This document shows positions 1 to 13,289 of a DNA stretch of 64,000 nucleotides, in pieces (the stretch's first letter is position 1; each line of letters begins with the position of its first letter). The DNA is from Octopus bimaculoides (Eukaryota). The DNA is taken from NCBI RefSeq assembly GCF_001194135.2, contig NC_068993.1:3980894-4044893 (forward strand). Direction: 5' to 3'. The translations under genes were made by a program, and so were the position numbers. The notes under the pieces were generated by a model. It saw only the letters and a list, made by a program, of their open reading frames with translations. It ran no database searches and was not told the DNA's origin.

Positions 1-524
1 TATGCGACATGGTTAAACACCATCAACTGATCATCAGATGATGTCTTTCTTAAAATGTATGCATTCTTTGTTTTCTGATTGGGTAGAATACACACACACA
101 AACAACAACTGCAAGGCTTATATCAATATCATACACGAATCAAAAAAACACACTTGGTGCTAATTTTATCCTACACAGGATTATACCGTTAAATATTGAT
201 TGCTTGGAACATGGCAAATACCTTAAGGATGGTGAAGAAATATTTAAAAAGAAATATATTGGAGTGAATTTCTATAATTTTGTTTTTGCATAATTTTTGT
301 CATTTGGTTGGAAGGGAAAATCAAAAATACATTCACTTCCTTTTCATGCTATTTTCAACGAAGTCATTTTTACACACAACACCGTTTACACTGCTGCTTT
401 AGAGGATGGTTTAATCCAAAGCAACATGTTTTACGCTTAGAATTTAAGTAAGCCACAAGTATATCTAATACCCTATATGCATTTTGTATTTAGTCCAGTA
501 TATATATGTGCGTTTGTATAAATT

Positions 525-604
525 GATAGATAGTTGGATAGATAGATAGCTAAATAGATAGATAGATAGATAGATAGATAGACAGATAGATAGATAGATA
601 GATA
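525..604. repeat. (GATA)n microsatellite
   Basis: Directly visible tetranucleotide array with a few interruptions. Confidence 0.95.
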
Positions 605-873
605 TACATGTAACCCAACGATAAAGATTTATGCTATATTAGTATAGCATAAATTTAATAGCGATTACAACGGTTTCAATACCACTCAGTTTCGGCCCAC
701 TTTACACATAAATAACTGCATGTGCCACATTATCCAAGGCCAGTAAAACTAAGTGTATTTGAAAAATAATTCAAATATTTTGCGGAACGGCAACTCCACT
801 GATGCTTAACCAAAATCAAGAGCATACATGATAGCTAATTTTGGTAAGCGTCCGATAAAGAGTCAGTTATGTT

Positions 874-1060
874 TTCAATTACACGTAATTTTTCTGGCCT
901 TCCATAATGTATCACCTATGCATAAATTGAGTAGGCGCGTGGCTTAGTGGTTAGGGCATTCGGCTCACGATCGTAAGTTCGTGAGTTCAATTCCCGGCGA
1001 CGCGTTGTGTCCTTGAGTAAGACACTTTATTTCACGTCGTTCCAGTCCACTGAGCTGGCA
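874..1060 (+). mobile_element. tRNA-derived SINE family C, 5' part (CORE-like centre)
   Basis: A-box TGGCTTAGTGG, B-box-like GAGTTCAATTCC, then GTGTCCTTGAGTAAGACACTTTATTTCACGT...CAGTCCACTGAGCTGGCA, which recurs almost identically at 50608-50670. Confidence 0.85.
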
Positions 1061-1649
1061 AGCGGATCGGAGGGAAGAAAAATAACTGACCGAAAGACTA
1101 ATGAAACGGGATTTAACGTTAAAACTACTAAATGCATAAGCAACAAAAACAGTACATGAAATGCGAACCTTCTCCAAATTCTACATAAAATGTCTGCTTT
1201 TATGGAGAGATGTGGAATAACTGGCAGTTTTCGCCTCCAAATCTCAGGCAGAGCAGACCTCATAGTAATCACCAATCCCCTCTCAGCCAACAAAGTAGAG
1301 GAAAGGCATAGAGAGACATCGATAAGCCAAAATGCGCCTTCAGTTTAGGAGAGCACCACGAAGCTGTATGAAGTTGCAGTGTGAGCTGCAGCAATATTAT
1401 AACAATTGTTTTAGATGTTGCACAAAAGATACTGCAGCAGCTGACATGGTTATAAATAAAATTATCCTATACACAGCCACACTGTCAGCTGCTAACAAAG
1501 AACATATATTTCTGTTAAGTCAAAAATATATATCTTTTCTCTCTTTTTCATTCAAACATTACATATATGTACTTCCATCTTCCCTGCTTCATTGAAACAT
1601 TATATATATATCTACAACCACCTCTGTCACCATGCATAAACATTTACAG

Positions 1650-1744
1650 CATACTTACTTTTTATACCGGTAGCTCCATTCAACGAATACAAACCCCACG
1701 CAAAAAGAGGATTAAGTTTGAAAAATTAAACAAAGTCAGCGATG
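1650..1744 (+). other. candidate exon ending in ATG immediately before a consensus donor
   Basis: catttacag acceptor at 1641-1649; GCGATG|gtaagt donor at 1745. Splice signals only. Confidence 0.2.
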
Positions 1745-3769
1745 GTAAGTAAGCTAAAACTTCGATATCACAGTCAACATTTTTCTTGTTCATATCAAAA
1801 TACGTACTGACTGATTCTTCAATTCGAAATTCAAAAACTGAAGGGTGACACTATTTTTTGTGTTTAGCAAGGTGTTTTCCCCGTTACTATCTTTTTCTAT
1901 TTTTGTATACTTTTAACTGTTTTCTTCGTGGATATCTATCAGTTTCTATCTACCAAATTTAGCTACAATAGTATTTAAATCAAAGCCATTTTAACCGCAC
2001 AGCCATGTCTTTCGAGATTTTCAAGATTTAATATTGATTTTTTTTTTTCTATCCTTAAATTATATTCTGAACAGCTAGCTATTGTTTCAGGTACACATTT
2101 GTTCTGTTGGTCACTTTAGAACCATTGCTCTGAATAAATACATTCACATTGTAAAGCAGACTATAACAGATATCTGTTCTTTCTATTAATAACCTAAATT
2201 TTGGCAAGACTAAAGTTGAAGCTTATAATATTCAATTTGCTTAGGTTTAGCTGAAAACGACGTTTTTTATTGTCACAGACAAGTTGAAATGTAACCAAAA
2301 GCATCTCTGAAAGTGTGTTTGCATGGAAGCTTGGTAAAGTCTGGTCTTGTTAGACATTTCTAAGAAACGTGTTTCAACATGAAAGACAATTACACAATGT
2401 CCTATGTGATGGTCGGTGATTATCCGATAGATAAGCTATCAGTTATCGTATGTAGCGTAAAACCGGACAAAAGAAATATAATGCATATATTGCAGATTAT
2501 ATGACTTGGCAACAAATATCTCGTACATTATATGCGGAGTGAGTTTTCCAATTATCGATTTCCAAATCTTACTGAAATATGTTAAGCCTGTAACCTATTT
2601 AAGTTAATCATAATTGATGCTACACTCAAGTTATTCGGGAAACCACAGCAATTTACTGCCATACATAAACAGACATTTGGAGAAAAGATTATCATCAATA
2701 TTGTCTTTGATGTTGTTGTTCTTGTTTTTATTATTGATGTAGTTGTTGCTGAAGTTGAATAGACCTTTAGCATAGTGACATAGGATAAGGCAGAATGTCT
2801 AATCAGCTTTTTTTTTCTTTCTTTTTTTCTTTTTTATTTGAAACCACAGATATCGGAGTCTATATTATGGGTTATTCAGTTGTTGAAAGTTTTAGATAAA
2901 GCACAGAGACTGTGTCAAAGAGGAGAGGGTATATAAATGACAGATATTTAGCTGTTATGTCGAACAAGGAGTGGGGTAATATATAAGTTATTTTGCAGTC
3001 ATAAATTTGAGGTCATCAAAAAAAAAAAAGAAACAGGAATGGCAAAGTCTTTCAAAACTCTTCAGGTTCAACTGGAAACTAATGTCGAATTTATATCATC
3101 GACTCTGTTGTCTCTGTCCCGTGTTAATGCTGACAACACCAGATCCAACGGCGGATAACGTGTAAATGATGTTATAGTCGTCGTCATCGTTGTTGTTCTC
3201 ACCATCATCGTGATCACCGTCTTCATTGTTATTATCTTCATCATCAATATCATCAAGATCGTCATCGTCGTCGTCATCACCATCACATTTATAACTGTCA
3301 TCTCCACTAAAGTCAATGTCACTCTATGACATGGCCACCATTATCATCAGCATCAGCATATCCATTACCATTATCACAATCCCATCACCATTATTATCGT
3401 CTTCATCACCCGTTACCAAGAACAATATCGTCACCATCAACACTTTTACCATTACCATTACCATTAACTACATCAAGCTCACCACCACCACCACCACCAC
3501 CGCCGCCGCCACCAACATCATCCTAACGTATCTTATTTCCCTGTACATTAGAATCCAGTTAACATACCACAGTTAATGATGAACTGACCGACTGCTACGG
3601 AGGATGAGACCATACACTCTTCACAGCTAATGTCACTGAAATAGGCAATCGTTCTTCAAAGACTGACGTATCCAAAAGCACCTATAATATTTATGTGCTT
3701 CATTCCATGATTCTGTAAAAATGAGAGTTGGTAAATCGTTTTTATTTTACTATTTAATCAAACGGTAAG

Positions 3770-3970
3770 CCAGCGTGCTGGCAGAATCTTTAGCTTCGCA
3801 AAGTTTCATCCGTCTTCACGTTCTGAATTCAAATTCCACCGAGCTCGACTTTGCCTTATATATTTTTCGGAGTCGAAAAAATGAGTACTTGTTGAGTACT
3901 TGGGTCGATGTAACCAACTATTCACATTATACTAACCTGCTGGGTTGTACCAAAATTTGTAACCAATATT
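3770..3970 (+). mobile_element. SINE family B (diverged copy)
   Basis: GCTGGCAGAATC..TTAGC...TTCTGAATTCAAATTCCACCGAGCTCGACTTTGCCTT...GGGTCGATG; matches the copies at 25677-25890 (-) and 57979-58198 (+). Confidence 0.8.
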
Positions 3971-4126
3971 GCATTAAAGGTACGCGTCTCTGCGGAATTC
4001 TAGGCCATTTGCATTGTGATACACTTAATAGGTAGTGTCGCCGATTTAACTACTAGACTACAGCGTCTGATGGAGTTTCCATTCAATTTCACTTCTTGTT
4101 AGTTATTATAAATGTAGAGTTAAGGT

Positions 4127-4530
4127 CGCAGGCGTGGCTGTGTGATACGAAGGTTGATTCTCAACCGCATATTCTCGGTTTCAATCTCACTGCGTAGCAT
4201 CTTTGGCAATTATCTTCTGCTATAGCCTCGGATAGATCGAAGCATTGTGAGTGGATTTGGTAGATGGAAACTGAAAGAAGCCTGTAGTATATATTGTGGG
4301 AGGAGGATGTGAGCGTGCGTGTATTTATTTCTGTAATTTCCCCCACCCACCGCTTGACAACCGGTGTTGGTGTGTTTATGTCCTCGTAACATTAGTGGTT
4401 CGGCAAAAGAATTATCTAGAATTACTATTAGTATTTAGAAAAAAAAAGAAAGAAGTCCATTAGTTCGACTAACATTCTTCAAGGTAGTGCCCCAGCATGG
4501 CCGCAATCTAAAGACTATAACAAGGAAATG
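4127..4530 (+). mobile_element. tRNA-derived SINE family A, near full length
   Basis: GGCGTGGCTGTG head, TTGTGAGTGGATTTGGTAGATGGAAACTGAAAGAAGCC centre, CGCTTGACAACCG...GTTCGGCAAAAG...CCAGCATGGCCGCA tail; same blocks at 28176-28577 and 57607-57910. Confidence 0.85.
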
Positions 4531-5592
4531 AGTAAAATATTATCTAACAATGTCGAAACTGTAGATTGTATCTTCTGATTAAAACATACTGAGATTTTAG
4601 CCGTTCCCAACTGTGTCCAACTGTTGTACGTTGGTCATCTAATTTTTTTCATTCTCCTTACAAATATAGGTCCATATTGTTATTTTAGATTTATAGATTT
4701 TAAAAACTGAAAGAGTAATCAACTTTACATTTGACTCTCAAACAAAACACACATCATTATAATTTGTAACATAGGAGATACATTACTGAAACACTGCAAA
4801 TGATTTAAATTGCTAACACAATTTAATGGGTATCTTTCGTTTTTTTTTTAGTTTAAAACTAGTTGTAGAAGATGCAATAAAGCTGATCGCAGTACAATAT
4901 TTGAATTAGCTCCATATTATATGTTCTTCTCCGAAACATATGTTCATAATTCTTGTGTACAAAATAAATGTAATGTAAAAAAGAAATGGTTTAAAATTTC
5001 TCAGAACTTATTAAACTGTTAAATATTATTTACATTAACATCATATACAATATGATTCTAGGTTTTAAATAGTAAAATTGTTAATTCGACGCATTGCAAT
5101 AATTTTCATTATTTACTTTTTTACGTCTGAACGCTGAATTGTATGTATGAAAGAGAGAGAGGGGGAGAGAAAGAGTGAAGAGACATATTTCTTTAGGAAA
5201 TGCGAAAAGTTTTCAAGAACTTCTTTTAATACTAGAACTACGGCAGCTCAATTACGTTTTAGTTTTGTTTGCTATGATTTATGTGAGATTTAGAAAATCA
5301 AGAAAATAATCTTAATCAAATTAGAGGTTTAAGTCTGCTATCAAAGACTTTTATGTGTATTCGAAACATATGTTTAGAACTATAATTTCCAGCCAGTAGA
5401 GTTTATAAGTCTTCAGAAGCTGAAAAAACAACCTTCTTAGTCATTCACGAGTTACAGATAAAATGTTTAATATTCTTTAAATCCAAAGCATATCTCTATC
5501 TCTATTTTTATTTTTTCTATGTTCTTATGTACAGAAATATATGTATTTATTCATATACATATATGCCTACATACACAACATGTATATGTATG

Positions 5593-5636
<44 letters not shown>

Positions 5637-6350
5637 GTATGCGTATGTATATGTATGTGTGTGTGAATGTGTATATGCCTAAGCCATACACATATTCATA
5701 TATATGTGTTGGTGTATGTAGGTACGTGTGCAGTAAAATTACTACAGTAGCGTAAATAAGATTGAGTACATTCATTAAATGCTTTGATGAATTTTTTTAT
5801 TTGTGTTTCCTATCATATATACGCACAGGAATCTGCTACTGTGTTGTGTACAAACACAATTAAAAGAGAAAGTTTAGATGATATCAAAGATGAATATGTA
5901 CAGAGAAAACCAGTGAAACAAGCCGGACAAACATTAACATTTTGAAATTTTTAATTTTTACTTATGATCTAAATATGTTTGTTTAAAAGACTTCATACGT
6001 TTCTCTTGCCTCAACATCTTCAATGAGTCAAAAATGTTTTATAGAATATCTGTTTATGATGCAGAGAGCGTGAAGCTTATGTAATTTGAAGAAATAAACA
6101 ATTTTAAATCTAAGAAGTATGAATTTTATATAATTAAATGTGACAATATTGTCAGTAAAAACCCAACATTTGCAATACAAACCCTTCTGGTAATCTGACC
6201 TATTCTCGTCAGTTTCGAACTTCCAGTATTTCAAATATATTCATTGGTTTTAAAGTGACATGGAGCAGCGCAGAAGCCTTGAATAGGGAGAATAGTTGTA
6301 CATCAAATTCTTCAGACAATTCAAGAATTGTATTCTTGTAGCAGCTATCT

Positions 6351-6553
6351 GAATATTGGCTTCAAATTCTGGCTCAAGGCCAGCAATTTGGAGGCTGGGA
6401 GAGAGTCAGTTACTTCGATCCCAATATTCACTTGGTATTCATTTTATTGACCACTAAATGATGAAAGTCTAAGTCTACCTTGGCGGAATTTGAACTAAGA
6501 ATGTAAATGCGGACGAAAGTATTTCCCCCAGCGTGCTAACGATTCTGCTAGTC
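6351..6553 (-). mobile_element. SINE family B (diverged copy)
   Basis: Reverse complement of the family B blocks (GGCGGAATTTGAACT, CAGCGTGCTAACGATTCTGCTAG). Confidence 0.8.
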
Positions 6554-7328
6554 TTAGAATCATCAGATATTCTTCTCTAAGAACGAAGTTTTGATCTAGG
6601 TTTCGTTCTGGGCAAAGTTCCTCAGTAACTGCTACACATCGGATACACTGGATGTTCTTCATCGCCAGCTAGACACAGAAATATCTTTCCTGTACCTTTA
6701 AAAATGAATGTTCTAAATATATGGGTGGGATTTATATGTATATGTACGGTGAGTTTTTACAAAGTCTTCGTCCATCTAATATTCTTTCACAAGGCTATAT
6801 ATTCTCAAATAATTAAGAACACACCTGACCCAAATATAGAACAGTCGCATGGAACACGAAATCTCGTTGTTACGAAGCAAATTGTTGCTTTTCATACTCA
6901 CACCTACGTCCTCAATCTATCTATTACAATGAAATATTAATTCGTTTATACAGCTGAATCCTGTTAATGTATAATTAAACTACATCATAACATCAAGTAT
7001 TTGAAATTTTTCAATACTTGTTTGAATTAGTTATGAGCTACAAGAGCGCTACAAGTCTATCTTACTTCTTCAAAATGTCACAATTTTAACGACAGTATTA
7101 CTGGAGTACTATTTGAAATAAATGATTAGTTAGTGTCTACTTTTTACAGAAACAACGACTGACTTGATTCATAAATATTTCAGAGTAATTCCAAAAAGTT
7201 GACCAACAATAAGTTTTGTAAGATTAAAAGTCAAAACAAATCTTTTGTCATTTAATCTACCAGCATTTTTGCAAACAAAAGACGACATTACTCTGTTTAC
7301 TTTCTATTTCTTCTTTTTTTTTTTGTAG

Positions 7329-7356
7329 TTCTCATACCTACGTGATTTCCTTTCGT
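7329..7356 (+). other. candidate 28-nt micro-exon
   Basis: Long pyrimidine tract tttctatttcttctttttttttttgtag and gtaagt donor at 7357; frame 0 reads FSYLRDFLS. Confidence 0.25.
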
Positions 7357-7870
7357 GTAAGTCTCTGAAAGATTTGCAAACATTTAAGCAAAGCAATCGA
7401 ATTTTCACCTGCTCACTCAGTTTGCAATGTCAAAAGATGAAAATATTGATGTATAAATTGATAAATTACACACTAACACATACTCCTGTACATCGCATAT
7501 ATTTACAGTAATCAATGAGTTTACTTATGTGCAGAGACACCTAAAACATTGTTACTATTCACAGGCATGTTTAATACTCTGATTAAAGGTTGTAATTGAA
7601 TAACAAAAGTGTATTTTATGTCGGCAAATAAAACATCTTTAATTAAAAATTATGAGACAGATCTTTACAAAATAATCAAATAAATACCATTTAACACCTG
7701 AGACATAACATCTTGTTATTTTCAATTGATTGAAGTTTTAATTCAATAAATTTGTTTTTCTATTGACAATGAATAATGTAGAAAGTAAATTGATAGGAAA
7801 AATAATGACAGCATTAAAAAAACCTGTCTGTAAATATATATAATGAAATATAAACATAAATACACGTAAC

Positions 7871-7930
<60 letters not shown>

Positions 7931-7994
7931 GTCTGTCTGTCTATCTATCTATCTGTCTATCTGTCTGTCTGTCTCAGTCTGTCTATCTAATCTG

Positions 7995-8038
<44 letters not shown>

Positions 8039-8054
8039 CATATATATATATATA

Positions 8055-8094
<40 letters not shown>
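7871..8094. repeat. compound (TCTA)n/(TCTG)n/(TA)n microsatellite
   Basis: Directly visible. Confidence 0.95.
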
Positions 8095-8856
8095 AACAAC
8101 TAACTGAATATCTCTTTATCGCTCCATCCATCAAATTCTTTTTTCTGTTTGTATATCTATCCCTTATTCTTTATCCGTTATCCTGCTTGCCTATTGATTT
8201 CATGATATTAGTGTGCATATGTGTATGTGTGTGTATGTGCATGTGTTTGAAGATAACAGTATATTTACGTCTAAATACATACATACAATATATATAAATC
8301 TATGTATGTATATATGTATTTAAATATGTGTGTGTGCACGGGCGAATGTGTCAGTGTGTGTGTGCATATATAGATATATGCGTATGTATGTATGAATGTA
8401 TATCTGCATGTGTAGGTATGTATGTATGTAAACCCCAACACATCTGTACAAAACAACGTATAGTTATGGATATATAACGGTTATAGCTATATAAAATAGA
8501 TTCATTACGTGTGACGGATGTAAGGATAAGGTGTGTGGGTGTGATGAAAACAGAAGATGACCATTAAACAGAAATACCGAGAAAATACAGAAAACACTCA
8601 TTAAAATTGTGAGGTCAGATGTCAAAGTGTTTGACCACATATATATGTGTATGTGTGTGTGTGTGTGCGCGCGTGTATGTGTGTATATANNNNNNNNNNN
8701 NNNNNNNNNNNNNNNNNNNNNNNNNNNNNNNNNNNNNNNNNNNNNNNNNNNNNNNNNNNNNNNNNNNNNNNNNNNNNNNNNNNNNNNNNNNNNNNNNNNN
8801 NNNNNNNNNNNNNNNNNNNNNNNNNNNNNNNNNNNNNNNNNNNNNNNNNNNNNNNN

Positions 8857-8897
<41 letters not shown>

Positions 8898-8915
8898 AAG
8901 TATGGGGGGTTTCGT

Positions 8916-9387
8916 TCACCGGTGAACGATATTAGCGATGTTATTATTGCGGCTATCAATAGCTGCGTTTGTGGCAGGACTGTTCGTAGCAGTATTATTC
9001 TCAGTAATGATAGTTTTCCTGTTGGTACTTCTATTAATATTATTGCTAGTCCTATTAGTTGTTGAAATATAGGAACTATTAGTTGTAGTGGTTATAGTAT
9101 AGTTAGTATTGTTAGTATCACTATGCCTATTAGGGTTTGCGTCGGTTTCAGCTGTGCACCCATTACCCTCCGAAGTGGGGACTATATTATGTATGTTTAA
9201 GTTGTTTAAAATGTTCGGGCCAGGGGCATTAGATATGTTATTGCGATCGGTGTTAGCGTTTTCATTGTGGAGGTCTATGGTAGGGTTGTATGCTTTTAGA
9301 TAGTAAGAGCTAAGTTTACGCTTGTTAGATGAGGTGATAATAGATTCTATATTTGGTGTAGATGAATAGGATAGTTTCAAAGTGGGT
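8916..9387 (-). CDS. candidate terminal coding exon, Asn/Thr/Ser/Ile-rich, unknown protein
   Basis: 157 stop-free codons in AT-rich DNA, the first ~90 not microsatellite-derived (PTLKLSYSSTPNIESIITSSNKRKLSSYYLKAYNPTIDLHNEN...); acceptor ctatctgtaacag at 9388-9400; TGA at 8916-8918. Confidence 0.45.
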
Positions 9388-10389
9388 CTGTTACAGATAG
9401 AATGGTACTTGTGAGATTACGTGGGAAATCATATGTGCATGTGTGTATGTATGCATTTATGTTTTACATAGTTTGATTAAATTTTGTATCTCGTGGCGAG
9501 TAACCAGCAGGGAGGGCTCTGTGTGCATCCTTATATATTCAAGAAGAAAACTGCGAAGGGGACTCGTATTATTGTTCGAGTTTCTTTGGGTTCTATAGTT
9601 TAATTGGTTACAAGTAGATATTTATTATTTATTTACATACGGGTACGTGTGTGTATTGTGTGCTTGTTTACGATTGAGAGAATATTGCTTTTGGTAGAAT
9701 TACATGCATAAATACACATTTTAACTCTATTGCTTTAGTGTTGAAAAGAAGACCAAGGAATACGAACGCGGAAATTTGACGTGTAAAAATTTTATATCAA
9801 TATAGGTGACTAATTCTGTAAGAATACACACGCAAAAATGGACATTTTGGTGTAAAATACAGAATAGAAGCAATGTGACAATAAATTTCTTCAAATGAAA
9901 AAGTGTAGTACATATTCTGCCGCGCAAACATCTATAAAAGCGCCCAAGAGAAGAATCTAAAATGTTAACAGAATAGAATATAATTGAAAGAACGGAAATG
10001 AGAAAAAAAATCAAGCGTGGTATATATATATATATATTAAAATAAATTTTCTAATTATAATTCTTGATATAGTCGCATATCTTACAGAAACTTTGATACA
10101 ACGTTAACTAATCTGAAATGGTGTGAAATTAGTAAGCGAATTCTTGGGCCGTAAAACTGAATGCTTGACATCAGAGTACACTATATAACCCGAAAGTAAC
10201 ACATAAAACATGGAAACGGAGCTATGTATAACAAGAAATAGTTTTTCATAAACCAACATGAGCTTATTTCGGGGCAAAGCTTAACGGCAGCTTGAGTACA
10301 CGAATTTATTATGGTAATATAAAATTTACCACAATATAACATAATATATGTATGGATCTATGTATGTACAACGTGCGGTGAATATATCG

Positions 10390-10616
10390 TCGTCTAAATT
10401 ACGCAAAATTGAAAATAACACTGAGGTCACATTTCAACAAATAAATTTACCAAAATTACATTAAAATATCTTGAAATAGAGTAAATTTGTTCAATAAAAT
10501 GGCCATGACCTACAGACGACTTCGGGATCTCCTGCAACTCTCCTGGACGGCCATAATCCTTGCCTTCAGTTCATCTTTTGTGTTAAAAGGAGTTTTGTTC
10601 GTCTCTCGCTCAACAT
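10390..10616 (-). mobile_element. Tc1/mariner transposase C-terminal remnant
   Basis: Minus strand reads VERETNKTPFNTKDELKARIMA..QESCRRSRSRL, resembling the end of Tc1-type transposases; interrupted by a SINE at 10617. Confidence 0.6.
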
Positions 10617-10752
10617 GGGTACTTATTTTATCGACCCCGAAAGTATGAAAAACAAATTCGATCTCTGTACAATTTGAACTCAGAATGTAAAGACGAACAA
10701 AATACTGCTAAACATTTTATCCAGCGTGCTATCTATTCTTCCAGCTCACCGC
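10617..10752 (-). mobile_element. SINE family B, 5' part
   Basis: TACTTATTTTATCGACCCCGAAAG...AATTTGAACTCAGAATGTAAAGACG...CAGCTCACCGC matches 25752-25890. Confidence 0.85.
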
Positions 10753-12118
10753 TTTACAGAAAGAATAATGTTAAATACCATTATAAGGTAAATTGTTGAG
10801 TTACTGAAACTATCTCCTCTTCCGCACAAGGCAAAATGATTTCTAATCCCACCAACAACATTATGAAAATTAAATTAATACAAAAAATAATTTCTTATAG
10901 GTACAAAAAATGACCATGAGAAATCCCTATCTCTTTCCTTCACGATTTTCGCTGACCAACATTAGTTGAGAATCTATAAGTGGTCGGCCTAAAATGTGCA
11001 ATTTATATCTTCCTGCTAAACTGTAACAATAGTTTTTTTCTCCACCATTCTTTTTCTGGTTTCGTGTTTCTTCATATTCAGCCGTCTACTTCTTGTCTTT
11101 CTTACTGCATAAAAATAACACAAATATATTTTCACGACTATGTTTTTCATTGTCGAAGATTATTGCATTGTTTCTATGAATAGTTGACCAGCAGAAGAAT
11201 AGCAAGCGAGAAAGCAAAGCAGAGAACGGGTGATAAAAAGATAGAGAGCAGGGTAGCAAAACAGAGAGATAAAAATAGAGGAAAAGAGAAAAAATATTTA
11301 AAAGGTTTTTATTAGGATGATAGTTAATACTGCAAGACAGATTTCCCCCCTCTTGAAGCTCAAACTATATTCTAGTGGGAGAAGGCCATTAGAATTCTGA
11401 TTGGATACAAGCAAATCGACAATGATAAGGTAAAATATCATTTAACAAAACAGTGGCCGTATAGAACCAAGAAAACATTTTACCGAAGACATAGAAAACA
11501 AGAAAAAACACGTAAAGCATATATAAATAAAAATAATGATTTTCATATTTTTCTATAATGGAACGNNNNNNNNNNNNNNNNNNNNNNNNNNNNNNNNNNN
11601 NNNNNNNNNNNNNNNNNNNNNNNNNNNNNNNNNNNNNNNNNNNNNNNNNNNNNNNNNNNNNNNNNNNNNNNNNNNNNNNNNNNNNNNNNNNNNNNNNNNN
11701 NNNNNNNNNNNNNNNNNNNNNNNNNNNNNNNNNNNNNNNNNNNNNNNNNNNNNNNNNNNNNNNNNNNNNNNNNNNNNNNNNNNNNNNNNNNNNNNNNNNN
11801 NNNNNNNNNNNNNNNNNNNNNNNNNNNNNNNNNNNNNNNNNNNNNNNNNNNNNNNNNNNNNNNNNNNNNNNNNNNNNNNNNNNNNNNNNNNNNNNNNNNN
11901 NNNNNNNNNNNNNNNNNNNNNNNNNNNNNNNNNNNNNNNNNNNNNNNNNNNNNNNNNNNNNNNNNNNNNNNNNNNNNNNNNNNNNNNNNNNNNNNNNNNN
12001 NNNNNNNNNNNNNNNNNNNNNNNNNNNNNNNNNNNNNNNNNNNNNNNNNNNNNNNNNNNNNNNNNNNNNNNNNNNNNNNNNNNNNNNNNNNNNNNNNNNN
12101 NNNNNNNNNNNNNNNNNN

Positions 12119-12157
<39 letters not shown>

Positions 12158-12370
12158 GTATTCTTATTAACATTTAACAGAAGTTAGACAGTGACTCTAA
12201 GTCCGAAAGTATCAAACTCATGGACTTTGAGCCAACAGTTCCTTCTGCTAAATATTAATAAAAAATATACATATAATCATATTTCAGCTTTATTTATCCT
12301 GTTGCCAAAAGATACCAATATACACACACATATATATATATATTTATATACATATCGGAAAAATGTGCTG

Positions 12371-12440
12371 CAGAGCTCAGGATTCGAGCACACGATCTGA
12401 CGACTGTAAAACCCATGCCGTAACCTCTAGGCTACAGTGT
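12371..12440 (-). mobile_element. degenerate tRNA-like SINE head (isolated)
   Basis: Minus strand TAGCCTAGAGG (A-box-like) and GCTCGAATCC (B-box-like) with tRNA spacing; no intact cloverleaf. Confidence 0.45.
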
Positions 12441-13255
12441 AGCTTTAGCAACAGCAATAACGTTGCATGCTTCCAGTAACATAATTAGTAACAGCGTTGC
12501 TATATTATATCTTTGTGAATATCTAATACAGTGACGCCATCTATCTGTAAGCAGTACTCAGTTGACATGTGTTATTTCTTTAACTAAAGTCCAATTATAG
12601 TACTGAGACAACTAATTAAAGATTTCACCTGTCTTCAACACCTCAGGTAGAATATGAAAGTGTTCCGGCTGAAGTAGTCGACATTTTCATCTTAGTCACG
12701 CTTAATTATTCAAGAAATATAAAAAAATTCAATTAATTATAACTTATCAAAGTTAAAATTCTATAGATGTTCATCGTTAAGCGGGTATGGGGGTGGCGAC
12801 TATTTGTTGCTATTGTTGCTACTGTTGTTGCTGTTGCTAGTGTTGATGCTACTGCTGCTACTGCTGCTACCGCTGCTGTTACTGGGTAATTGTCGGCGTT
12901 GTTAGTTTGAGAAATTGGTTGGTGCTGAAAATTCCTGTGCAGAAGGGTACAGTTAACGATATTGAAAATGTTGGTGATAACGATTCCAGCAATAATGTTG
13001 ATTCTGGCGGTCGAGGTGGTAGTGGTGTTGATTTTAGGGGTGGCAGTATTGGTTAGGGGTCATTCTGATGATATTCATAATGATAACGACGACGACGACG
13101 ACGTCGACGATGATTATGATGAGAAGGAAGAGGTGACGGATGGTCATGATGAAGCGGTAGTCATGGTGACGGTACCGCAGACATAATTATTTGTACTAGT
13201 GGCAGTTTTCCAATGATGTCAGCGCCGTTAATCGTTTTGGTAGTAGTAGTAGTAG

Positions 13256-13289
<34 letters not shown>

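Noticed and set aside
874-1000. tRNA-like heads as true tRNA genes (also 4127, 38590-38663, 50553)
   Set aside because: They continue into SINE bodies and lack a complete cloverleaf.
3170-3530. Poly-Ile/Thr/Met/His-type ORFs in degenerate trinucleotide blocks (also 12800-13180, 23160-23270, 31480-31850, 33560-33880, 37845-38270, 52146-52400)
   Set aside because: Decayed (ATC/ACC/AAC)n microsatellite; open in several frames on both strands, with no splice or domain support.
3568-3714. Minus-strand acceptor/donor pair with C-type-lectin-like words (SWNEAHKY, FSDISC)
   Set aside because: No single frame is open across it and the diagnostic cysteines are missing.
10927-11255. Minus frame IFVLFLCSKKDKK*TAEYEETRNQ.. 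with a single TAG, tempting as an A-to-I-edited (UAG to UGG) read-through
   Set aside because: Similar one-stop frames occur at 20570-20840 (-), 46605-46755 (+) and 53710-53972 (+) and are expected by chance; there is no evidence for transcription, dsRNA structure or compatible splice phases.
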